Source: Octopus bimaculoides (taxonomy: Eukaryota). Taken from it: a stretch of DNA of 64,000 bases. Within the stretch, counting starts at the first letter, position 1; each line of letters opens with the position of its first letter. The stretch covers positions 87,397,656 to 87,461,655 of the forward strand of contig NC_068984.1 in assembly GCF_001194135.2 (NCBI RefSeq), given 5' to 3'. Under the pieces are notes generated by a model. The model saw only the letters and a list, made by a program, of their open reading frames with translations. It made no database searches and was not told the origin of the DNA. The translations under genes were made by a program, and so were the position numbers. This document shows, piece by piece, positions 13,401-25,400 of the stretch.

Positions 13401-16400
13401 CGGATGGCAACACCAGGCTCCAGTCTGATTTGGCAGAGTTTCTACAGCTGGATGCCCTTCCTAACGCCAACCACTCAGAGAGTGTAGTGGGTGCTTTTAC
13501 GTGTCACCCGCACGAAAACGGCCACGCTCGAAATGGTGTCTTTTATGTGCCACCCGNNNNNNNNNNNNNNNNNNNNNNNNNNNNNNNNNNNNNNNNNNNN
13601 NNNNNNNNNNNNNNNNNNNNNNNNNNNNNNNNNNNNNNNNNNNNNNNNNNNNNNNNNNNNNNNNNNNNNNNNNNNNNNNNNNNNNNNNNNNNNNNNNNNN
13701 NNNNNNNNNNNNNNNNNNNNNNNNNNNNNNNNNNNNNNNNNNNNNNNNNNNNNNNNNNNNNNNNNNNNNNNNNNNNNNNNNNNNNNNNNNNNNNNNNNNN
13801 NNNNNNNNNNNNNNNNNNNNNNNNNNNNNNNNNNNNNNNNNNNNNNNNNNNNNNNNNNNNNNNNNNNNNNNNNNNNNNNNNNNNNNNNNNNNNNNNNNNN
13901 NNNNNNNNNNNNNNNNNNNNNNNNNNNNNNNNNNNNNNNNNNNNNNNNNNNNNNNNNNNNNNNNNNNNNNNNNNNNNNNNNNNNNNNNNNNNNNNNNNNN
14001 NNNNNNNNNNNNNNNNNNNNNNNNNNNNNNNNNNNNNNNNNNNNNNNNNNNNNNGAGAGTCCCTTTGTCGCCAGCAGGTGTAAGAGCTCTCTAAACTTTG
14101 CCCAGGCTATTCTTATTCTAGCAGCTACACTTTCAGCGCACCCACCCCAACTACTAACTTGGTCGCCCAGATAGCGGGAGCTATCGACTACCTCTAGTTT
14201 TTCACCCTGGAATGAGATAGAAGTTGTTTCCTGTTTGTTTGCAGTCTTTATTGCACCTGAACATCTGCCACAAACAAAAACTAACTTGCTAGTTAACCTG
14301 CCTTTGATGTTGCTGCACCTCTTATGTGTCCATAGCTTGCACCGGGTACATCTTATAGAGTTACTACCTACTCCTTTTCTACATACTGAGCAGGGCCATC
14401 TACCTGAAGGGGGGCCATATGCTAGGAATTGTTGTTACCTATTTGGAATCTCACTACAGTCAGCTTAACTTTTGATCTTCTGAGAATGATAAAGTAAATA
14501 GCAACCAAGTAGTCGAGTTGATTTAGTTGCTTAAACCCAAAATATGTGGTCTTGTATCTACCGATATTAAATGTTTTTTCGCTGCGTTTGCGGATTCCCA
14601 TGACTCTATCACCATCAAATTCCGTATTTATGAATTTGAATTGAAAACTTGAGTGATAGTTAATCTTCAGTAGCTGATTACATAATCATGGGTGCCACCC
14701 CAGTGGATGTGTTGCAGTTACTCTCTTGATCTTGACCATTAATCTAGTATTCCTCCACTCAGCATCGGTGTAAGAAGCACCATTGGTTCAGTTGAGTTTT
14801 TCTGCTACCTCTTCATAATCCACCATGCTGCAGTCTCACGACTTTGCCATATTCCTGGCAGGGGGTGAGGGGAGGGTTGCTGAATGGGTGCCATGCTTTG
14901 CCAAAGGGCAGCCCATAACTATGCAAGAAATAGTTCTCACTCTGTGAGGTATTTTCAAATTACCTGCATACCCAGATATTAAAAAAAAAAGTAAATAAGT
15001 ATTTTGTATGTGTATTTCGTGTGCAAGATTTAATTAAATAAGTATTATTATGTTACTGTGTGTAGCCATCTACCTACCTATATTAGAATCAAGTTTTGTT
15101 ATGATTCTATTGTTAAAGTTTATTAACAAAGTGTTTTCATTTTCTTCCATTTTATTTTTGTTTAGCATGTACTTGTATTGGTTTCATTTAATGTTGATGC
15201 CTTGTGTGCTTGCAAGATCCTGCAGGTTAGTATAATTGATTCTGTATATTTTGATATAATTTATATTAATTTACAAAAAATTGCTCTTTATACAAAAAAA
15301 AAAAAAAATTTAACCCCTTCTGTTGAAATACACTGTCTATAACTTTTAATTAATTTTGTAAAAAATGAAACTTACCTCACTCCCGCAAACTTGTTGGCCT
15401 TCTGTCAAAATTTGAAACTAATATTATGTGTTTTCCTTTCAGTATAATACATCATTATCCTCATTGTTTTAGCATCTACTTTTCTATGCTTGTAAGAGTT
15501 AGATGAGAGTTGTTGAGGCAAATTTTCTATAGCTGGATACTCTTTCTGTTGCTATCCCTCACCCTTTTCCAGGCAAGGTGATATTTTCCCATAGAAAGTT
15601 ACCAACAAATGACAATGTATGTTGGTGATGAATATTTACAGTTTGCATGCTTTGTCAAGACATACATACTCAACAACATACTTACATTCATGCACTCACA
15701 TTCATATTCAACTACACACAGACACACACACACACACACACACACATGTACATACGTACATACATACATACATTGTACTGTTCTGTTGTTGGCAGGATCA
15801 TCAAAAAGGTACTCCATTCAGCAAGAGATAGATATAATTTAATAACCACAAGATATATATATGTGAATTGTATGTGAACTACTATAAGTTTCATACTGAC
15901 ACTGTACAGTTATCAGATAGGCTTGTTTAGTATGCAGTGTACTATCTTGCAATTGTTCAAGTTCAAAATAAATATAGCTATTCTCCGAGAAAAAGTGCAA
16001 AAGAGCAAGGAAGAAGGCAAGTTTGGAGGGTAAGAGAGGTAAAAGTTCTGTCCCTTTAATTCGTTAGACAAACATTATTCTTTTACTTTCTTTTATTTAT
16101 TTCAGACTGTGGCTATATTAGTAGTATTTTATATATGAATTTAAAATGGTTGGTGTAAAGGTTAAAGTTTGTACGACTCCTTAATCTAGAGAGTGTGGTG
16201 TTCTCAAATTCAATAGGGATTTTTTTCCTTTTCATGGGCAGCTTGATTAATTAATTTTCTTTAACTAAACACTTTGAAACTTCAGATACTGGTAGAATGT
16301 GTCATATGGAACATCTTTTACTCTTAGCGTTGTTGAGAAAAGTTTCTATTTGCAAAGTTATTTCGTGTTAAAGTTGTCGTATTTCGGTAATTTCAACCAA

Positions 16401-19400
16401 TCAGTGACGTGTAGTCAGCTGAATAAAATTACTGCTGTTGTTTGTCAGCAACAACTATCGGCGGTGTATATTTCATTTGTCACTGTTATCTACACTTTCT
16501 GAGTGGTTGGCGTTAGGAAGGGCATCCAGCTGTAGAAACTCTGCCAAATTTAGATTGGAGCCTGGTGTTGCCATCCGGTTTCACCAGTCCTCAGTTAAAT
16601 CGTCCAACCCATGCTAGCATGGAAAGCAGACGTTAAACGATGATGATGATGATGATGATTTATGACATCGTTCGTGTGTTTGTATTGGTTTTTAGCTTTA
16701 AAAAAATTTACAGCAATTTTTCTACTTCAGGTTAGGGTTAGGATTTTAGGATTAGGGTTTTACGGTTAGGGTTTGGGTTTTAGGGTTAGGGTTACAGNNN
16801 NNNNNNNNNNNNNNNNNNNNNNNNNNNNNNNNNNNNNNNNNNNNNNNNNNNNNNNNNNNNNNNNNNNNNNNNNNNNNNNNNNNNNNNNNNNNNNNNNNNN
16901 NNNNNNNNNNNNNNNNNNNNNNNNNNNNNNNNNNNNNNNNNNNNNNNNNNNNNNNNNNNNNNNNNNNNNNNNNNNNNNNNNNNNNNNNNNNNNNNNNNNN
17001 NNNNNNNNNNNNNNNNNNNNNNNNNNNNNNNNNNNNNNNNNNNNNNNNNNNNNNNNNNNNNNNNNNNNNNNNNNNNNNNNNNNNNNNNNNNNNNNNNNNN
17101 NNNNNNNNNNNNNNNNNNNNNNNNNAACAGCAGTAATTTTATTCAGCTGAATACATGTCATTGATTGATTGAAATTACCGAAATACGACAACTTTAACAC
17201 GAAATAACTTTGCAAATAGAAACTTTTCTCAACAACGCTAAGAGTAAAAGATGTCCTCTATGACACATTCTACCAGTATCCGAAATTTCAAAGTGTTTAG
17301 TTAAAGAGAATTAATTAATTGAGTTCCCCATCAAAAGGGCAAGATCCTTCAATAGTAGAAACTTATCAAGATGCTTGAAAATTTCTGATCTCATTTATGA
17401 AGTGTATTTTAAGAACTCCACTGACCTAAACTTGAGATCAGAAATTTTCACAAGATCCGAGCTTCTCAATAAGTTTCTGCTGTTGAACTTAAGAACACCA
17501 TTCGCTTTAGATTAAGGATAGTCTTACAAACACTAGTCTTTCTCTAACCGATTAACCCCTGCACCAACCGTTCTTAGTTTCTGTATAAGTTATTGCCAAT
17601 ATCCTGCTAACTGAAGAGAAGGGACACAATTCCCTTTCCAGCCAAACTTTTTTTTTTATAGAGAATAGACATTTATTTTGAACCTGAACGATTGCAGGAT
17701 AGTACACAGCATGCAATACAAGCCGGCCAATTATTATACTATTTCTGCATGAAACTAATAATTGTTCACATATAATGCCTGTGTGTATTAAATTATATAT
17801 ATATATACTCTGTTGTGTCTGGGGAGAGACATTCTCTTTTAAGTGCCTCATAGTTTAACACACACACTGGTAAATTTTCCACCCATTTCCTTCTTTATTT
17901 TTCTAAAATTTTCATTGCATCTTGCAACCTTTTCAATAGTTGTTGACTCTGTCTGTTATTCACACTGCGTTCTTTTTGTTTGTTTGTGCGCATGTGTGTG
18001 GGTGTATGCATGTATATGTGTGTGTGCCTATGTATATATGTATGTATTCTGCATATTCATGTGTTTGTGTGATTTTATGTATGTGTGTGTGTGTTTGCAT
18101 GTGTGTGTGTATGGGTTTTTTGCAATTATGTACTGTGTATGTATGGATGTGTATCTCCTTATGTGTGGACGTGTGTCTCCATATGTGTCCTTGCGTGAAG
18201 TGAAGTGTGTGTGTATATATGGTCATGTCTTCATTTTCAGTCTTCATTTGTGTGTATGTGTGCTTGTCTGTTCATATAACCTTTGTACCTAACCGTCTGT
18301 ATGTCAATCTGTTTACTTTCATATCCATATGCCTACATACATGTGCATACACATATACACACACCCACACACGCATACATCTACATAACAGCCCATTAAC
18401 TATTTTACTCTACCTGTATAAACTGTGAGTTGCCTCCATGTTGGTCCTTGGAATGTTGGTAGAGTATGGAAGACAGTTTTTTTGTCATCATATTGTCTCA
18501 AATGTTCATTTAGTCGTTCTGTAATGCTCCTAGATGTCTCCCCTATGTATGTCATGTTCATGTCTTTACAAACACCTATGCATCTTATGCTGTAAACTAC
18601 ATTTCTGGTTCTACAGTTAATGCCAGGGCTAATCCTACATACCACGCAGTTATCATTGGTGCATATGGTGTTGTGATCTGACGGAGTTCCCTGGCTTTCA
18701 ACAATCTTAATGTTGAGTTTGGTCGCCTTCAGAGCTTTCATAAGGTTTTGATCAAGCTGGGGCTATAGATGAGGACACTTAATCAAGGTGGCTAAAAGAG
18801 TTAGCAACAGGAAGAGCATCCAACTAGAAAACACTGCCCCAGAAAAACTGTCTAATGTATGCTAGATGGAAAAGTGGGCATAAAATGATGTTCAATGATG
18901 AGAATGTGTGTTCCATTTATTTATTTATTTATGCCATGTAGATCGATCAGGTTCTATATGATGGGTAAAATGTTTCTTCATGATGGCAATTTAATATTAT
19001 TTTTTTGTTTTGGTTTTAAGTATTAGTTCATTTGGCTATTATATGGTATTTCTATGCATTGCACAATTGACATTGTATTGCTCCATTTATGTAGGACATG
19101 CTTTGCTCAATGATTGACTAATTGGTATTGAAATGATCAAAAATTATTTCCTTAACAGAAAATATTTGAATTTTTTTTTTTTTTTATTGCAGTATTTATT
19201 CCAGTGTGACCAAGTGTTGTACTCTATCATCCCTATTACAGGAAAAGAAAGTCTTGAAACTTCTTTTATGGATAATTGTGAAGGGGTATGTTTCAGCTTT
19301 AATGTTGTAAGTCTTGTAAATGTTTATAAGTGCTCTGTCTATGTATCTGGAAATAAAAGTCTTACACCTTACTTGTGTATATTGTAGGAGTCATTTCTCA

Positions 19401-22400
19401 TTTTATCTCAGGTATTCTATTCTAGTCTATGTTACTCTGTGTGAAATATACTGTTATGCATATCAATAAGTAGTTGTATACTGGAAATCTTTGGTTTTGA
19501 ATACTCCACAGACACGTGTACCCTTAATGTAGTCCTCGGGGATATTCAGCGTGACACAGTGTGACAAGGCTGACCATTTGAATTTACAGGCACAACAGAA
19601 ACAGGAAGTAAGAGTGAGAGAAAGTTGTGGTGAAAGAGTACAGCAGGGTTCGCCACCATCCCCTGCCGGAGCCTCGTGGAGCTTTAGGCATTTTCGCTCA
19701 ATAAACACTCACAACGCCCGGTCTGGGAATCGAAACCGCGATCCTATAACCGCGAGTCTGCTGCCCTAACCACTGGGCCATTGCACCTCCACATTTTTTT
19801 CTATTTATACAATATTCAGCCCTTTATTTACATGCATTAGATCATAGATCCTGTGCTGGTGCTGCATTTACATGCCCATGTTGGTGCCACGTAAAAAGCA
19901 CCCAGCACACTCTGTTAAGTGATTGGCATTGGGAAGGGCATCCAGCTGTAGAAACCATGCCACAACAGACATTTGGAGTCCGGACAGATTCCTGCTAGCC
20001 AGCTCCATGTCAAACCGTCCAACCCATGCCAGCATGGAGAGCAGATATTAAACGATGATGATGATTGTGTATTGTCAGAATGAAATTAGGGTAGGCGTGG
20101 GAGACTGGATTATTTTGCCTTTTTGATTGTAAAACAGGTATGATATTAGGGTTGACTATACCCTGGTTACATGCTAAAGAGCTAAGTGTGCAATGTTCAA
20201 ACCAGAGGGTGTGAAAGAGTATACTGCTTTCAAGATATGTGTTGAAAATGAGTTTTGTTGTTAAAATAAACTGAAAAACTCCAGTCAGGAAGAGAAAGCA
20301 CACTAAAGCAGGCACTTGCATAGGTACGATGGGCTTTTGTGCTATCTTTGTGGACCAATTCTTGCTCAGTCAATCTGAGGCTGTAGAAGATATTTGCTTA
20401 AGGTTATTTAAATTTGAAATTGGACAAGGTAAACACACCACTATATATGTGATTATTATTATTATTATCAGTAATATTAATATGCCAACTTTTTTTGTTC
20501 GTACCTGTTGTGTGTGTTACACTTCAAAGAAGAGGCAAAGCGAGAGAGAGAGAGGAGAACAGAGAGAGTGAAAGAGACAGTGAGTGGTGATGGCATTCAT
20601 TTTGTGTTTTTAAATGTTTATCACATTGCAAGAGTAGATACACAGATACATATACACATTGTTAAATCAAAAGCGGGTGTTACATCACTTTCTATGTTCT
20701 GTAACTGTCACAATATACTTTTCTAGGCCTGATTTTTTTGTGGGGAGGGGGGCCAGTTGATTAGATCGATCCCCAGTACGCAACTGATACTTAATTTATT
20801 GACCCCGAAAGGACAAGTCGATCTCGGCAGAATTTGAACTCAGAACATAAAGAGACAGACGGTCATAATATACAAACATTTCTCATAGCACCAGTTCACT
20901 GTTTACAGATGCTTACATTTTTTGTGTTTTCCGTGAATTTTTCACGGGTCCAGCTAATTATTATTATTATTATTATTATTATTAAAGCAATGAGCTGGCA
21001 GAATCGTTAGCACGCTGGACAAAATGCTTAGCAGCATTTCGTCCATCTTTATGTTCTGAGTTCAAGTTCCACCAAGGTCAACTTTGCCTTTTATCCTTTC
21101 AGGATCAATAAAATAAGTACTAGTTGAATACTGGTGTTGATTTACTCGGCTTACCCCATCCCCCCAAATTTCAGGCCTTGTACCTATAGTGGAAAGGATT
21201 ATTATTAAAAGATGTTTCTTTATTTTTAGGTTAAACATATTGTCATGATCAACTGTGGTGCATCTTTCGATGTCGTGGAGTTGTTACAACCTGAGAAAGA
21301 TGTGTGTTTCTACATTTTTGACAGGTAAAATATATTTTTATTCATTGAGTCATGTCTACATGTCTGCATTGTTCTGGACATGTAATCTCTTTTACTCTTT
21401 TACTTGTTTCAGTCATTTGACTGCGGCCATGCTGGAGCACCGCCTTTAGTCGAGCAAATCGACCCCAGGACTTATTCTTTGTAAGCCTAGTACTTATTCT
21501 ATCGGTCTCTTTTACCGAACCGCTAAGTTACGGGGATGTAAACACACCAGCATCGGTTGTCAAGCGATGTTGGGGAGACAAACACACACATATATATGCA
21601 TATACATATATACGACGGGCTTCTTTCAGTTTCCGTCTACCAAATCCACTCACAAGGCTTTGGTCAGCCCGAGGCTATAGTAGAAGACACTTGCACAAGG
21701 TACCACGCAGTGGGACTAAACCCGGAACCATGTGGTTGGTAAGCAAGCTACTTACCACACAGCCACTCCTGCGCCTATATGTAATGTAAATGGATGACAT
21801 GAGCTTTATCTTTTAGTCTTTCAGCATCTTGGGCAAGTTTTTTTTTTTTACTATAGTTTCATGTCAGCCCAAGTCTTGTGAGTGAAATTGGGTAAATGGA
21901 AACTGTGGAAGCCCATTGGATTCATAGGTCCAGCCATGTCATGCTGAATCAGCCTGAATTATATTATGGGTATGAGTTTCTGCAGAATACGCAGCCACTT
22001 AGCTGTTAATTTAATGTGTAAGTAGTTCAGATGATAGAATAACTGAATGCTTATTGTTAAAACCAGCAGAGGATCACTCATTAGAGAGAGCAAAAGAAAC
22101 TTGTTTATTCTCTATCGCAATTAGTCAACTTTAGCATCAATTGTTACACATTTTCAACAGGACAATTACTGATCTATTGCATTTCTGATGATCAAAATCA
22201 TAAAGGAGCACCAAAAGCTTGCTTCCCATCCACATGGTTCCAGGTTCAGTCCCACTACGTGGTACCATGGGCAAGTGTCTTCTACTATAGTCTTGGGCTG
22301 ACCAAAGCCTTGTGAGTGAATTTGGTAGGCAGAATCTGAAAAAGCCTGACGTGTATGTGTGTCTGTGTCTGTGTTTGTCCCCCTCCCTAAGTTCTGGGGT

Positions 22401-25400
22401 CAATTTGTTCGATTAAAACCCTTCAAGGTAGTGCTCCAGTATGACCGCAGTCAAATGACTGAAGCAAGTAAAAGGAAAAAAAAGAATAAAAAGAATTAAA
22501 TTCAAGAAAAAGTGATTGCTTTTGGTAAGCCTGTTAGCTGTGTGTTAATAAATGTCAAATGTTCATAATTGATTGCAGTATTTACCAACAATGGCTTTGA
22601 GGATTTTATATGACAATATTTTGAAGGTGCCTAGAGAAAAAAGTCTATTTTGTCAGCATTAATTCAATATTGAAATGGACTGCATACAAAAATATATGTG
22701 AATGTAAAACAAAAACCCCAATTGACCCTTTAACATTCAAATCAGCCCAAAACATCTGGCCCAAATATCCTCCTTGTTTTATGTTGAAAGCAGCCAGGTC
22801 AAGCCTCTCATACCTACCCTACAATGTTATTCTAAAATGTAAAAAGTCACATCATTGAAATCCTGAAGCTATTAGATTATACATGATTAATACAAAACAA
22901 TATGAATTAATAAGTATTTAAAAAAATTTTTTTACTTGTTTCAGTCATTTGACTGTGGCCATGCTAGAGCACTGCTTTGAAGGGTTTTAGTCAAACAAAT
23001 CAATCCTAGGACTTAATTTTTTTTAGCCTAGTACTTATTCTATCAGTCTCTTCTACTGAACCACTAACTTGGTTGTCAAGCAGTGATGGCGGAGACAAAC
23101 ACAAAGAAACACACACACACATATATAAATATTTTGGTGGGCTTCTTTCAGTTTCTGTTTACCAGATCCACTCATAGGGATTTGGTCGGCTCAAGGCTAT
23201 GGTACAGGACACTTGCCCAGAGTGCCCTGCAGTGGGACTGAACCCAGAACCATGAACCCACATAGGGATGGAGGGAGAAGGATGGAAAGTAATCCATATA
23301 GTTGACTGTTAGAGGTGCTCAGGAGAAAGACATCTGGTAGAGGTTAGAGGAGAAAGACTTCTGGTATAGGTAGTGAGGGTGGGATTGGAGTGGGGTGCAC
23401 TGCGAACAACAAAACATTATGGCTGCCCTATTTCCTAGCTAAAGCCAATGTGGCATAGCTACAAACAAAGCGAGCTACAATTTAATAATCAACATGCGTA
23501 AACTTGAAAGAAATGAAGCTGGTATGCTCCGCTGGATGTGTAATGTCAGTGTGCATACATGACAGAGTGTAAGCACCTTGAGAGAAAAATGAGACATAAG
23601 AAGCATCAGAGGTGGTGTGCAAGAGAGACAACTGCACTGGTATGGTCATGTGATGCATATGGATAAGGACAGCTGTGTGAAGAAGTGTCACACCCTAACA
23701 GTGGAGAGAACCTGTGGAAGAGGTAGACCAGGAAGACATGGGATGAGGTGGTGAAGCATAACCTTTGAACTTTGGGCCTCATAGAGGCAATGACAAATGA
23801 CCAAAACTTTTGGAGATGTGCTGTGCTTGAGAAGACCCGGCAAGACTGTAGTGATGGCCGATGCCAGTGTTGCATAATTGGCCCGTTTAAAAGCACCGTT
23901 CAATTGTTGGGCAGTATGCCATGCTTGTGAAGACCTGTTGAACCAAGTGAAATCGTAGTCATGGCTGATACCAGTGCCACCTGACTGGCACCCACGCCGG
24001 TGGCACGTAAAAAGCATCATTCGAGTGTGGCCAATGCTAGTGCCGCCTGACTGGCTCCTGTGCTGGTAGCATGTAAAAGCACCCACTACACTCTTGGAGT
24101 GGTTAGTGTTAGGAAGGGCATCCAGCTGTAGAAACCTTGCCAGATCAGATTGGAACCTGGTGCAGCCTCCCGGCTTTCCAATTCTCAATCAAACTATCCA
24201 ACCCATGTCAGCATGGAAAGCGGACGTTAAACAACAGTGATAATGATATATATATATATATTATCAACATCATTTAATGTCTGTTTTTCATGCTGTCTAC
24301 CAGATTCACTTACAAGGCTTTGGTTGGCCTGGAGATATACCTTACCCAAGGTGTCACACAGAGGGGAACTCTGAACCTGAAGCCATGTGGTTGAGGGATA
24401 AACTTTTTAACCATGCAGCTATGTCTGGTGTTAATTAAGTAAAGATATAAATCAAAATATGTTTAAAAAATGATAACTTATTCCAGGTCTGTACAACAAG
24501 AATATATAAATATGCAACAATTTAAATTTGTATGTCAAGTAAAGTATACTATAGTAGCTTATTTAAATCTTTGCTAATGGAATAGCTTTCTGGCAGTGTT
24601 AGTTTCTGTCAGAACCCTGACTCCCTCTGAGCTAATGATTGGCATGGTCACCTTTTATGATATAGAGGATTTGAGTGTGCTTTCTTGGGAGAGATCTTCC
24701 CTGAGTGTATCTGTATGTGTGTTATTTACACTTTTCAGTACAATCAAATTATTATTAAATTTATGCAAAATAATTCTGGCATATAAAATATATACAGATG
24801 ATCGCCTTATGTCCAATAGCCCAGTAGATTAAGCATGAGAAAAGAATGTGATATAAACTTCTGACTGGTTTCAGCTTTATGCATAAAACTACCACTCCAT
24901 TCAGGCTTGACTGATGGTCGGTTAAACTGCAGTATGTTATCAATAGCACAACAATGTTAGAAGAAATCATCATCATCATCATTTCACATCTGTTGTCCAT
25001 GCTGGTACGAGTTGGATTGTTTGACTAGGGTTGGCAAGCTGGAAGGCTGCACCAGATTCCAGTCTGATTTGGCATGGTTTCTACAGCTGGATGCCCTTCC
25101 TAATGCCAACCACACTGTGAGTGTAATGGGTGCTTTTACATGCCACTGGTATGGGTACTATTTGCATGACACAAGTATCTAGTACCTCTAGCTTACCCCA
25201 CTAGCAGTTGATGGAGTTCTATTTTCTGTACATTTTTGGTGTTTATTGTACATATGCATCTACTACACACAAAAGCTATTTTCCCTGTTAACCTTCCTCT
25301 GATATTACTACACCTCTTATGTGTCCATAGCTTACACCGGGTACATCTTATGGAGTTTCTACCTACGCCTTTTCTACAGATCAAGCAGGGATTTGTGATT

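Larger units (their letters stand above)
15865..17776. repeat. Long inverted repeat (foldback) with central TTAGGG-like tract and gap
   Basis: Arms about 15865..16439 and 17126..17776; inner 179 bp differ at about 9 positions by manual alignment. Confidence 0.9.

Noticed and set aside
13394-14174. Long ORFs in the track spanning N runs (also at 16.8, 36.1, 46.2 and 49.0 kb)
   Set aside because: Artefacts of translating assembly gaps.
16729-17125. True telomere or chromosome fusion point
   Set aside because: The tract is short and degenerate and lies inside an intron of a gene whose exons continue in frame on both sides.
17843-18428. ORFs rich in C/V/Y/H/T
   Set aside because: Translations of degenerate (TG)n and (CA)n microsatellite; the same applies at 15.6-15.9 kb and 49.4-50.1 kb.
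19715-19790. tRNA gene candidates (also 6325 and 21700 regions)
   Set aside because: A and B boxes are present but there is no complete cloverleaf, and each continues into a repeated SINE body.
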